A DNA stretch of 53,604 nt from a virus. Lineage: Duplodnaviria > Caudoviricetes. The number at the start of each line of letters is the position of its first letter. Position 1 is the first letter of the stretch. The notes under the pieces were generated by a model. It was not told the DNA's origin and searched no databases. It worked only from the letters and a program-made list of their open reading frames with translations. The DNA lies in the IMG/VR virus record IMGVR_UViG_3300017782_004909, positions 1 through 53,604 of that record; one strand, written 5' to 3'. This document shows positions 17,401 to 28,500 of the stretch, piece by piece. The position numbers and the translations under genes were made by a program.

Positions 17401-19200
17401 TATTGTACCAATTCCAGTTGGAGAATATGCTTTAAATTGTGCGTGGGTTATTGGAGGATCATCGCCATCGGCAGTAGGGAAACCTGGACCTTTATTTCTT
17501 CTAAAAAGAACTGGATCCCCGTCTCTATCTGTGCCTCTGATTGAACTTGTATTTATTAGTTCTATTTCTCCTGGCGCTCTGGCTAATTGATGTATGGTGT
17601 AAGGATCGAATATTTGTGCATAATCTGGATGTAGACATCTTTCCGAATAATCAACATAATCAGCGCGAGAGCTATAAAGGATAGTTGGTTTAAAGGGAGT
17701 TGCATTTACAAGAGCTGATGGTGCAAAGTTTTGACTGTCTTCGTACTGATGATTGTGAACGGGGTCAACATCTGAACCAGTTGTGCATGAATTTCTAAAA
17801 AATATACCTTGCTCAAGTATTCTTTTTTCGTGCTCGTAATAAACTTTAACGACTCCATCAACAGTCTCTTGAGTTTCGTATTTTCTTTCGGTATTAATTT
17901 CTATCGTTCTAGCTAGCGGATGAGTACTATATCTCCGATTTGCTGATGTAGAATTATATTCTTGAACGGTCTCAGTTCTAAAAAAATTGTGTCTAGTTGT
18001 ATCAAAAAACACTTGATTATTGTTGGTTTTATAATCACCTATCGGTTGTGAAGCAAATTGCATTCTACCAATTTGTCTAAGACCATTTTTTTGTCTATCA
18101 GCTTGAAATTCTAAATAAACTGGATTGTCGGCATATACGTTTTGTCCTTGTTCATCTTGAACAATAATCCTTTCTGCGGGCTGACCATACTCTTGCCAAG
18201 TTCCAGTTAAATCACAACCACTGACATAAAGAGCATTATTAGTTTGTGTCATAATTTGCGCTCTACTATCATCAAAATTACGTCCTTTTATGGTAGTATT
18301 TCCCATATTGTCCAACGAATTTGGCTCTAGTGAATTATAATCATCTATAATTAAGCCCATTTGTTGATTACCTGCATGATGCCAATAAACTAATGGTTTA
18401 TCTCCATAATCACACCAAGGTGTGGTATTTAAAAATGTATCACCTATATGGTCGTTTGCTTTACCTAAAATTTGATTTTTACTACCATCAATCTTAACAT
18501 ATCTAGGATTATAAACTGGGCAAATACTAATTGTATTACTGATAGCTGGTTCAACCGTATCATAACTTCTGCTCATACGTAAAGGAAATGCTAATCTAAC
18601 CCAATCACTAGTTAATTCTGGCAGTTTTCTTAAAAACAAAACAGTTTCTGGAGAATCACTATAGCTTAAGGTAGACCACAAAGCACCAACTGGACTCCTT
18701 TTTGAATCGGTTTGTGGGTAATTTTTATTATATGGAAGGTTTCTTACAAACGATTCATCGGATCTTGTTTTTCTATGAACACCTGTCATAGTTGAATTAC
18801 GCATAAATGCCCAAGTCATATGTGTGAAATTTTTTGCCACAGTCATAGAGGAGCAGGTTGTATTTCCAAATGGATCTACCTTTGCATTGTTTAGATCATA
18901 TTGATTTCTGTGAGCACAGTATTCTCTGGCTTGAAACTCAAACCAAGGATTGGCACAAGGCATATGCTCAAAGTGAGTGGGTAAATGTGGTTTGTCGCTA
19001 TAATAATTATTGACTGTTAGTAAACCCGTTCTAACTCCTTCAACGCCCGCTATACCGTGACCATCTACGGAATCTCCGCGAGCTCTATCTGAAAAGCTCG
19101 GATAGAGAGATGCGTTGTCTTGGTAAGAATAGTCTGCTTCAAAGACTGCTGGCAATCTTAAACTATGAATCTTATCTTTTTGTACGGCTAAATCTGGCAT
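14476..19200 (-). CDS. Large probable virion/receptor-binding protein with LRR-like segments
   Basis: 1574 aa, rich in G/N/T/S/P; LKVLDLRGTNI, LESLNVDNCRTL, LRSFSAKGCPL; adjacent to the tail module. The ORF is certain, the function is inferred. Confidence 0.55.
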   Translation of the reverse strand: MPDLAVQKDKIHSLRLPAVFEADYSYQDNASLYPSFSDRARGDSVDGHGIAGVEGVRTGLLTVNNYYSDKPHLPTHFEHMPCANPWFEFQAREYCAHRNQYDLNNAKVDPFGNTTCSSMTVAKNFTHMTWAFMRNSTMTGVHRKTRSDESFVRNLPYNKNYPQTDSKRSPVGALWSTLSYSDSPETVLFLRKLPELTSDWVRLAFPLRMSRSYDTVEPAISNTISICPVYNPRYVKIDGSKNQILGKANDHIGDTFLNTTPWCDYGDKPLVYWHHAGNQQMGLIIDDYNSLEPNSLDNMGNTTIKGRNFDDSRAQIMTQTNNALYVSGCDLTGTWQEYGQPAERIIVQDEQGQNVYADNPVYLEFQADRQKNGLRQIGRMQFASQPIGDYKTNNNQVFFDTTRHNFFRTETVQEYNSTSANRRYSTHPLARTIEINTERKYETQETVDGVVKVYYEHEKRILEQGIFFRNSCTTGSDVDPVHNHQYEDSQNFAPSALVNATPFKPTILYSSRADYVDYSERCLHPDYAQIFDPYTIHQLARAPGEIELINTSSIRGTDRDGDPVLFRRNKGPGFPTADGDDPPITHAQFKAYSPTGIGTINIIQNDDFMKTSEMIFSAWYKKDGDQTLIWGCQLENRDQNSKYEDLGEILDFEEPIPNLSASTRDFGANTIYAKCIKDYKGPFNSGLNPRGEVKPPFLWCGDSELSKFGPVWQPKLTNNNLSSTVPHNNFSTRYNRRFVTITGGFTFNGVFYPEAEDIQFGIGFQRSLDSPASNKDGVTEILDTVRMGTQFGDASFNEKTSFTSVANHPMIDNKVTGLFDRVKATSHPSAPHINHVFPSSATSFHQVRDYKYGGYHYVRRGLSGVLDLNAGVTSEGFLATPTKMRLEEISAFGSAITQVIGLNNLDTRSTTYTRYQYSKDAGGFATKSTERGLLKVLDLRGTNIGYDSLPFGAAGKSDFTNRTTNSLNIFRATDSPNILNTGVAHLKLRGTFPILGTNIETFSIGGQFCALTERTFNSMFVDNFVFNEEVYPGQYNVRRPKHLKLTEDPRIEQRTRTSVADDDTDPLWDGFAEFQTFTKYFYSEQKDPILYSQNRPDGFMPFFHYRQKIASLKIVGTGNELGTQLPIPPDSLESLNVDNCRTLTGFEPSRHLPNSDQHHSFSTPVYMFGPGSSVLGTANVTVSGYYDPNNLRSFSAKGCPLTTGAKLSILLGFYGRNVDNPFRFAGFNGVNPDYDGANYNKNRFINLDVNNGGQPDGSAFGWYNQGHPNYKHRYSRTGYWDYSNYPNGAYKNFLPQNRPLVAVNKDNIFGHTAVTYTPRGLGLDVTRYLPTTTEGDIKQIDSIPSAGGGTEAQNFDILKTVETTYTEQIVTTEINSLTENNGTKTYTENSTRHLVEWPNKNLWSNGMTGRNQSPLDQEHVYRAEAPQYLSRGVLSEGDGSNYGSGPNIHISMLRNDNAMHLRGRRNFAEPLQGAGTDTRLRATGRGIETSINDLDNYSCPLLIDMRRYGNRESAVITSVSDRIHHPTNNMDTYILWASYTDNTIADNPFNAGYHGETYGGIIGQLTSAGFTIIL

Positions 19201-19201
19201 T

Positions 19202-19714
19202 TTATATATTAAACTCCACTACTGTTTCACCCAGACGCGTTTCAATTATTTCCGTGATGCCAAACACCCTTTTCAGAAATATATGATATTTAGTATTTTT
19301 GTCTCTTTTACCTAATAAAGCTATCACTGGCCGATCCTCTTTATGTTTTACACAAACTTCTCTAAAAACATCACCTAAAGCCTTACAATATGAAACCTTT
19401 TGATATTTAGCTACAAAATGAACTTCAAGAGCGTTTGTAATAATTTTACCTTCGTCTAAAATGATAAATCCAACCATTTTGTCTGTTTCCTCGTCAAAAA
19501 CTGGGTATTTATACATACAATTGTCAATGATAGCTTTAAATTCAAACATAAGAAAATTGTATTTCATTTGATCACTAAGGCCTTTGCAGGGATACTCAAA
19601 TTGATCCAACTTTGCAAGATCTAAAAAATCCAAGAAAATAGCCAACATTTCCATGAAATATTTCTTATCATATTCTTTATATGTAGCTTTGTTGATTTTT
19701 TTGTATTTTTTCAT
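19202..19714 (-). CDS. Hypothetical protein, possible GNAT-fold
   Basis: MVGFIIL...LEVHFV strands resemble GNAT-like proteins of phage tail regions. Confidence 0.5.
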   Translation of the reverse strand: MKKYKKINKATYKEYDKKYFMEMLAIFLDFLDLAKLDQFEYPCKGLSDQMKYNFLMFEFKAIIDNCMYKYPVFDEETDKMVGFIILDEGKIITNALEVHFVAKYQKVSYCKALGDVFREVCVKHKEDRPVIALLGKRDKNTKYHIFLKRVFGITEIIETRLGETVVEFNI

Positions 19715-19720
19715 CTTTCG

Positions 19721-19726
19721 GTGTAA
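19721..19726 (+). promoter_or_regulatory. GTGTAA motif (putative phage late promoter)
   Basis: GTGTAA-tatagtac-ATG in the 20-bp divergent gap before the tail L gene. Confidence 0.65.
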
Positions 19727-19734
19727 TATAGTAC

Positions 19735-20826
19735 ATGGGCAAGGGAATAAATCAAGAATTTAAAAAGGCTATTTTTGACGTAGAACCTACGGCATTACTT
19801 GAATTTTACACTTTATATCACGATTATCAGAATGATTCCCAGGCTCAAATTAATTTTCACGGTGGCACTAATGGAGTAGATGGCAAAATTATATTTGATG
19901 GTCAAGAATACCTACCGCTACCAGTAGAGGCAGATGGTTTTGATATTCTAGGAGATCAAAGACTCCCTAGAGCCAAAATAAGATTTTCTAACGCGGGTAT
20001 GTACGTATCATCACTTTTAAGAAAATTTAACAATTTAAACAACGCCAAATTAGTTAGAAAAAGAACTTTTGCTAAATTTATAGATGGGGCAAATTTCCCA
20101 GATGGTAATAATCCTTGGGGTTCCGCCAATCCAGATGCAAGAATGCCAGATGATAAATATTTTATATCTAGAAAAGTATCAGAAAATAAAGCGATGGTAG
20201 AATTTGAATTAGTCACCACTTTAGAATTAGAGAATATAGATATTCCAGGCAGACAAGTTTCAGCAAGATATTGCCCATGGGTATATCGAGGTTATGGTTG
20301 TAGATATGGATACGACAAAACATCAGCTGGAGAAGATAGACCTGTAGCCAACATTGATGACGAACTTTTCGTCACTGGGTCAGCCTCAGCTGGTTTTAAT
20401 TTAAACGAAGAAGTTGTTGGTGCTGGTAATGTTTTTGTTAACGCTCAAGGTAATATTGACAACAAAGCTACGGTGGCCGCTTGTTTAAATCCTAGAGGAT
20501 TATGGAGCGGATCTTTACAAGGAGGTGGTAACTACGCTTTAGGTGATTATGTTTATACTCTTAGCGACAGAGCTGTAGCTGGTCAAGGTTTAACATCTAA
20601 CTATTATAAACAACATCCAGTCTATTATGTTTGTAAAAAAAGTAACACAAGTCCAACACTGATACCAAAACTAAGCCCAGAAAATTGGGTTAAAGATGCT
20701 TGTTCGAAAAAATTAGGAGCTTGTCAACTAAGATTCGCAAACGATGAATGGACTACAGACACCATTAATCAAAATCAAGCGTTACCATATGGTGGGTTCC
20801 CAGGCACTGAAAAATATAGTTACTAA
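19735..20826 (+). CDS. Minor tail protein L (lambda gpL-like)
   Basis: YLPLPVEADGF, RKRTFAKFID..NF, VEFEL, CPWVYRGYGC, DACSKKLGACQLRF, LPYGGFPG; four Fe-S Cys as in gpL. Confidence 0.9.
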   Translation: MGKGINQEFKKAIFDVEPTALLEFYTLYHDYQNDSQAQINFHGGTNGVDGKIIFDGQEYLPLPVEADGFDILGDQRLPRAKIRFSNAGMYVSSLLRKFNNLNNAKLVRKRTFAKFIDGANFPDGNNPWGSANPDARMPDDKYFISRKVSENKAMVEFELVTTLELENIDIPGRQVSARYCPWVYRGYGCRYGYDKTSAGEDRPVANIDDELFVTGSASAGFNLNEEVVGAGNVFVNAQGNIDNKATVAACLNPRGLWSGSLQGGGNYALGDYVYTLSDRAVAGQGLTSNYYKQHPVYYVCKKSNTSPTLIPKLSPENWVKDACSKKLGACQLRFANDEWTTDTINQNQALPYGGFPGTEKYSY

Positions 20827-20848
20827 AATTTTAATAAATTTTTAAAAA

Positions 20849-21223
20849 ATGAATATCAAAGAAAAAATTATGGCAGACTGCTCTAAAAACATCAAAGAAG
20901 AGGTGTGTGGTTTTGTCTATATGAAGGACGGAGAATTTGATATCATACCCTTAAAAAACAAAGCAGAAAATCCACAAATAACTTTTTATATTCCTTCTAA
21001 GGATTTTTTGTATTATAAAAGAAATTTTGATTTAGTGGCTGTGTACCACTCTCATACGATAGGTGATGCAAAAGAGTCGGACTTTGATATCAAAACATCT
21101 GATTTAATTTGCTACCCTTTTGTGATTTTTTCAATTACAAATTCTGATTTTCATATATACAAACCAGCGATATCTGAAGTGTTAACAGAGAACATAGATT
21201 TGCTAGAAGGGAAACTAAAATGA
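20849..21223 (+). CDS. Tail assembly protein K-like, JAB/MPN domain only
   Basis: EEVCGF and AVYHSHT...S..D JAMM motif; position after L. Confidence 0.8.
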   Translation: MNIKEKIMADCSKNIKEEVCGFVYMKDGEFDIIPLKNKAENPQITFYIPSKDFLYYKRNFDLVAVYHSHTIGDAKESDFDIKTSDLICYPFVIFSITNSDFHIYKPAISEVLTENIDLLEGKLK

Positions 21224-21819
21224 CAGAAATAATACTACACGGAATTTTAGCAAAAAAATTTGGAGCAAATCATAAATTTGCAAACATTAAGAAACCTATG
21301 GACGTTGTAAATGCTATCAATGTTAACAGAGAGGGGTTTAGAAATTTTATAATGCAAAGCGCTCAAGAGGGATCTTACTTTGAATTTATTATAGATGATG
21401 AAAAACCAAAACATCCAGAAGAGCTAGTAAATAAAAAAAACTTTAAAAAAATAGAAATCGTACCATCTTTAAAAGGTCAAGACGAATTCTTAAAAACTGC
21501 TGGTCAGTCACCAGCATTTAAAACTTTTGGTTCTACTTTGTTTTTAAATTCTATGGTAGCTTATTTTGGTGTTAAAGATTTAGCACAACCTACACAAACT
21601 TGGGGCGGAGCGGCTGGTTTGGAAATAGCTGGTAGAAGTTTTAATGTCCATAATCAAGCAAATGTTACAACTCAAGGCGCTAATGTTCCAGTGGGGTATG
21701 GCTTATTGAGAATTGGAAGTAGAGTCGCAGCTCTTAGAACACTTTTTACAGATGCAAGTTCTCAAATCGCTGGTGGGGTAGATGGAATTGGATCAATCGG
21801 AGCAGGGGGAGGATACTAA
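21220..21819 (+). CDS. Tail assembly protein I-like, copy 1
   Basis: IILHGILAKKFG ubiquitin-like N-terminus; QGANVPVGYG..RIGS. Confidence 0.8.
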   Translation: MTEIILHGILAKKFGANHKFANIKKPMDVVNAINVNREGFRNFIMQSAQEGSYFEFIIDDEKPKHPEELVNKKNFKKIEIVPSLKGQDEFLKTAGQSPAFKTFGSTLFLNSMVAYFGVKDLAQPTQTWGGAAGLEIAGRSFNVHNQANVTTQGANVPVGYGLLRIGSRVAALRTLFTDASSQIAGGVDGIGSIGAGGGY

Positions 21820-22556
21820 TGAAAACTATAATTAGACTACACGGTATATTAGGACAAGAGTATGGTGAAGAATTTGAACTGTACAACATCAATAAGCCAA
21901 TGGATATTATTAGTGCTTTAGAAATTAGATGCCCTGGTATAAGAAAAAAAATTATGGAATTTTATCTCGAGAGTTCTGTATATGAATTGATCGTTAACGA
22001 GGAAACAGTGCATTCCAGTAAGTTTAATGAAAATTATGAGGAAGCGATACGAACAGTAGATTTTTGCCCATCCATTTTTGGAGCTAAATCTTTCGTTAAA
22101 GGTATTGGGGCCATTGTTATAGGTGTATTGTTAATAGCCGCATCTTTTGGTGTTGGCCCTCTGGGAGGTTTTGGATTTATGTCAAGTACGTTTGCACAAA
22201 CTTTAGCATTTGGCGCTGGTATAGGACTTGTCACAGCGGGTGTTCAATATCTAACTACCAGTATACCAGAGACAGAACCTGGACAAAGAATTGGAGATCA
22301 AGCTTTATCAACTACGTCAATGAGAAATGCATCTTATGCATTTTCTTCTCCTACAAATACAACACAACAAGGTGTTCCAGTGCCTATTGGTTACGGAAGA
22401 TTGAGAGTTGGATCTAAAGTTGTTGGTACAAAACTTAGCAACTATCAATTGCACGTAGACAGACAACCTGGATACAGTTCTTCTCCCCAATTGGAATCTT
22501 TATTAAAAATTCAAGAAGTTTTTGCTTCTTCAACATCTACGTTTAGAGGCTACTAA
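21819..22556 (+). CDS. Tail assembly protein I-like, copy 2
   Basis: IRLHGILGQEYG, Gly/Ala hydrophobic middle, SYAFSSPTNTTQQGVPVPIGYGRLRVGS. Confidence 0.85.
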   Translation: MKTIIRLHGILGQEYGEEFELYNINKPMDIISALEIRCPGIRKKIMEFYLESSVYELIVNEETVHSSKFNENYEEAIRTVDFCPSIFGAKSFVKGIGAIVIGVLLIAASFGVGPLGGFGFMSSTFAQTLAFGAGIGLVTAGVQYLTTSIPETEPGQRIGDQALSTTSMRNASYAFSSPTNTTQQGVPVPIGYGRLRVGSKVVGTKLSNYQLHVDRQPGYSSSPQLESLLKIQEVFASSTSTFRGY

Positions 22557-25500
22557 TGAATGAATATTATAAAAATAAATTTAAAGAAAAGCACGTTGTA
22601 GGTACTGATGTAAATGCGCAATATGAACAGCAATCAGACGCAATTGCCGACGCTTTAAGTACTAGATATAGTGATAGTATACCTCCACAATCTACGGTTT
22701 TACAAAAATCTTACGTCACATTTAGTGTATTAGATCTATTGTCAGAAGGGCCCGTAGAAGGTTTTGTAGATCAAGCTGGAAGATCAACGATTAATCCACT
22801 AGAAGCAACATATTTAGATGACATTGTTGTGAAATCTACAGAGGATGTAGGTAGGTTTCAAGTAGAGTCTTTAGTAAATTTTCAAAGGACAGATGAGGGT
22901 TTAATTAGACCAAATCTCAATGCTCCAGAAGATGATCAAGTAGCAAACATAAGAAGTTTAGATGTTCTTTGGCGTGGTTGGGAACTTCCAACCACGATGT
23001 CTCACGCTATAGGTTTAAGACTTGGCACTGAGGCTCAAGATACTTCTGATAAAAATGCCGTAAAGTATAGATACTTATCGAATTCTGGCGTCAGTTCTAC
23101 TATGGGTACTGCAGGAAAAGTAGAATACTATCCAGAAGCTTTTGCATCTTATGCGACTTACTCCAGAAGATTCGCACCAAATACACCAATGAATTTACAA
23201 AGCGGTAATTTTACAGGGTCTGACGTTTCTTTAGCATCTTTAGCAGCTAGTAATGCTTATACGTTTCCACTATCCTCATTTAATACTAGTTTGCAAAAAG
23301 TTGTAACCCTACCTGGTTTAAAAGCTGCTATCAAAGCTGGTATTGATAAAGTTTCTGGAGAAATTGATTCTTTTTATTTAGACAAAAAGAAACTTAAATC
23401 AACTAATTTGGCAACGCCACACGAAAAAGATGTTTTCGAAACTCAAGCTGGCACGCTTTCAACTAGAAAGGGTCACAAGGTTTATTATGAATATGGTGCT
23501 AGGGTAAATCATGTAGCAGGTATTGTTATTGATGCTCAAGATGAAAAGTATGATTTTTTCCAAGATCAAAAAGATGACTATAGAGACTCAATAAATAAAA
23601 ATGGTGGTTTTAAATTATCTGCAATGGTTGGATTTAATGTCGTTGATCATCAAAGTTCACGTTATTCGAATAGATCAGCATTATCTAGTAAAAGTTCGCC
23701 TAAAGCCGCGCTATATGCGCCAAACCATGAAAATGGTAGTTATGGTTATACGAGACCTTTGTATTTAATGTTAAGTGTTTACGCTCAAGAAAATTGTTAT
23801 AGTAGAGCTACTTCATACAATCAATTAGAAAGTAAATTATCTGTAAATGGAGCTGGGACACATTCTAATCAAGCACAAAACAATCAAGTCACTGCAGATA
23901 ATCCATTAACATTTAAAGGTAATGTGGTATATGGTTTAGGTATTAATAGTATAGGGTCTTTTGATAGTTTATGGTCGCCGAGAACCACAATGTTTAAAGC
24001 ATATGGACCTAAGGATTTTGACCCTCCTGTATATAATTCTGATTTTTACAAAGATACCGATCGATTAAAATACTATTTAAATTCCGCAATGAGTTCATCG
24101 GACTTTGCAACAAGATTTCCAAACTCAGATAGACCAATTAGGATCCAATATTCGTTTGTGCCAGGAACAGATGAGCCAGATGGTTTAAAAGAGCCATACT
24201 TTAATCAATTACAAAGAGAGCTTAATTCTTTAGACGATGAAGAAGAGTTTAATAAAAACTTTGGTTTTGTTATTTTTGAAGGAGATTTGTTTAACATCTC
24301 TAACTCTCTTAGATTAAGGAGTTTAACTTTTAGATATGGATTGTTGCCAGGGCAAGTATTAAATCCACTGCCTGGAAAAAAATTGGTTTATGCACCAGAG
24401 ACACCAATATATCAATTATATAATGAAGAAAAGATAGACTCTATTGTCAGAAGACAATATTTAGGACCGCAATATTTTGGACGTGAAGATAACCTGGGTA
24501 GAAGAGATGAATACTATAAATCATCTTTTTTAGAACTTAATAGTGATGGTATAGTTAAATATCCTGGTGGGCAAGGTGTTACAGCGGCACAAGTAGGTCT
24601 AGCTACCAACACTTTTCAATATTATAGACATGGAGTTAATTTATCAAAAATTAATACAGCTAATCGAAAAGGCACAATGATTTGGCCTATATATTTAGGC
24701 AAAAATTTTGATCCAGTAAATGCACAAGGAGAAATAGAAGAGAGTAAAGTATTAGTAAATAGAACTGATCCTGCGTTAGCATTGAAAATAGCTGAAGGAG
24801 AGGCAAAAGGTTATGACGTAATGGTTTTTGATACAGAGGGTTTTAGTTATGGATGTTGTGCCAATCCAGTTATTAATGTTCCTACTGGAAGTTTAAAGGG
24901 CAAAACTATTTCTGCAGTTTGGAATTATGAAGATGAGGGTAGATATAATTTTACAAGAGCAAGTGTAGATTTTAGAAATGGTACAGAATTCCAAACAACG
25001 ATGGAAGATAATTTAGAAGTTTCGTATGTTATTAATAAGCATTTATTTGGACCATCCAACCCACAAGCTGACATTGTAGACTCTATAGCAACATCTATTG
25101 ATGATGTAGATGGTTCAGCTGGTGCAATAGGAGTTATAAAAGAATCTGCAGAAGCTGGAACAGCTAGTAAAGACGTAAGAGAAGGTGCGAGTTTTTCAAA
25201 CTGGATGAAGACTATACCTTTAAATCATGATGCTTATACAATCAAACATATCGTGAATTCATTAGAATCAGAAGAAGTTAAGTTACTCGTGTACATTACA
25301 AAACTACAGAGGAAAGTTGTAGAGCAAATTAACCCACAAAGATTTAAATCATCGAACACTACAGAAAGAATTTCAATTGAAATAGAAATCGGTTTTGAAA
25401 ATTTACCAGAATCAGTTGAATATTCCGATAATTACAGCGTAGCCAGATATCAAAAAGAATTTATAGGCGTAGTTGAAGAAGCTTATCTTAATGAAGTTGG

Positions 25501-28500
25501 GCCATATCCGTTACCATCAGTTAAAAATTTAAAAAATCAGTTTCCAAATGAATTTAAAGGTTTGAATGTTTTAGAAATGAAAGATAGGTATCCAAGATAT
25601 GTGAGAGTAAGAAGAACAACTTTTGAAAGTAATTCTATTTTAATTCAAAGAGAAATAAGATTGGGCGCAGTTGTTGAAATGACTAAAAATAATTTTACTT
25701 ATCCTTATTCAGCTTTAGTTAAAATAGATATGGATGGTAGAGGTTTTGATTCAACCCCTAGAAGAAATTACTTAATGAGATTAAGAAGAGTAAAGGTGCC
25801 ATCCAATTATTTCCCGCTTAATGGTTTAGGTAAAGATAAGAGATTTTTAGATAAAAACGAGGCAGCGATGGGTGAAAATTGGTTCGTAAATTTATACCCA
25901 GAAACGTTTGCGGATAACACATATTTACAAGGTGTAGGTAGACAAAATATTTACGTTGGTGATTGGGACGGAACATTTAAAGAAGCTTGGACAGATAATC
26001 CTGCATGGATTTTATATGATATACTCACAAATAAACTTTGGGGATTAGGCCAAAAAATGGATGATGATGAAGACATAGACATTTTCCAATTATATAAGAT
26101 AGGTAGATATTGTGACGCTGTAGATGAAAATGGTGTTTTTGTAGGTGTTGACGATGGTTATGGAGGTCTTGAACCAAGATATTCTTGTAATACGGTTTTA
26201 GACAAATCACAAAGCCCACATAATATTTTAAGAGACATTGCTTCTTGTTTTAACGGCAAGTTATATTGGAATGGTGGAGGTATTTCTTTTTATTGCGACA
26301 TGCCGTCAGAACCTGTTGGTTTATTTAATAATGCAAATGTTAAGGCTGGTTTATTTAATTATTCAACCTCTAGCAGCACTTCTCAATTTAATGTAGCTAG
26401 AGTAAGATTTGTTGATAAGACAGATCATTATAAAATTAAATTTGAAACCGTAGAAGATGAAGAAGGTTTAAGAGTAAATGGCCCGATTGTACAAACAATG
26501 AATGCGAAAGGTGCAACTAGTAGAAAGCAAGCAACGAGAGTGGGTAGATATGCTATTTATACAAATAAGTTAGAAACAGAAATGGTTAACTTTGAAGCTG
26601 GTTTAGAATCATTAACATGCACGGTAGGTGATGTTATTACAGTTAACGATGAACTTAAAAAATTCAAACCAGGATTTAGTAGGGTTTTATCCGCTTTAAA
26701 TGAAAACACTTTAATCATTGAACCTACGTTTGATTTAAGCACATTCAATTCTAATCGTGACGCTTTTATTTACGACACGTCGATACAATCCAGTGGACAA
26801 GCTGAAATGTACGAACACGTTAATTTTGATAACGGAGTAATTGGTGGAAGCTTGACTGGTTATCAAGCTGGTGCAGCACGAGCTTTAGATATAGCTACAA
26901 TTGAAGAAGTAAAAGGTTCTGTTACTACCGTGACTACAACAGAAAGTATCATCGTTGTGGATGACGAGCCAGAAGCAGACCCATCACCAGGAGCACCAGA
27001 AGCGCCAGTTATTCCAGACGCCCAAACCGTTTTAATTGACAAATTTGATTATGGTATAGCATTAACATGCGAAGCGTTAGACGCTGAAAATAATAGGATA
27101 ACTACTCCAGAAGATATTTTAGCATTAAGAGGTACTTATACAAAAATGCCAACCGTTGCAAATGTGCCAGAAAGATGGGTAAAAGGAGATTTTAAAACTT
27201 ATAATTTTCCAACTTCAAATCCGCCACCTAAACCGTACTTTGAAAAAGGACCTCATCTACAAAGCAGTAATGCAAACGCTTGGAAATTTGTTACAGATGG
27301 TGTTGAAATTACTAAAAATATAGTTATAGATAATCTTATACCTGTAAATCGAGTAGCAAGAAGATACTATAGGATACAAGCCAAAGATTCACAAGCAAAT
27401 AGAGGTAATCTTAATAGCAATGCTTCTGGTTACGATAGGTTTCGATTGGCTATTCATGATATTAGTTTTGTTGATGTTTTGGGTAATCAATATCCATCAG
27501 CTTTAACCTCTGATGATGGAGGTAATGTAAAAACATCTACTAGTTCTGAAATCACGAATGGTTCAAGCTATGAAGATTACGCTGCATACCACGCTTTTAA
27601 TAGGCACGACAGTCACCTATGGAATAAAATGTTTTGGACTATTGAGGGGGATGAGAGGACTCATGGTGCATCATACTTACAAATAGATTTTGGAGAGGCT
27701 AAAAGGTTTACGCAATTATTGTATCTGGCAAATGGAAAGAAATCTGGTAATTCTTTCTTTCATACAGCGGTAGAGGTAGAAATTCTAGCTTCTGATGATC
27801 CAACATTTGAAACTTTTGAAGTATTTGGCGAAATTCACTATGACAGCAATTCGACACTAAGCTCTCTTCATCGCTATGGCGTGAATGCGAACGATGGTCC
27901 TTTGTATCAAAGCAAGCACGTCCTTGTTAACGCTGGCGCGATTACTAAAGTTAATGATGGTTACGTACAAGTGCCAGTAGAACAATCAGCACAAACAAGA
28001 GTAGATACAGGTGATGTATCTTTTGAAGTTCAATATGCAATTACAGAGACCGATAACTATCAATCACATTTTGGTTATGATAGTAGATACTATATTGTTA
28101 CTAATACGGAGGATTTTCCAGGATTTGTTGATAGATTACCAGACGATGCTTACATTGGACCAGGTGGAGAATTTTTTGTATACACAAGAATAGTGAGACT
28201 GGGAGGCACTACGGTTGACCCCCAACCAACGCTAGATAGGGGACTATTGATAAGCAATGGGCGTTATGTATATGAGTTCTTTTATAGAACTATTTATACA
28301 AATGAAAGTGGTCTTTCAAGATGGGGTTTTACTTATGGCGGCCCTTCAAACAAATTGATAAGTTTTGATTTTGCTTTATCTCCATCAGTGGCTTGGGCAA
28401 ATGGAGGAACCAGTCCGTTATATGCAGAGTTTCAACCTGCCACAAACCTTGATTCTACTTACTATATAGACGCATTCAACCTAATAAAATCGAGATTAAG

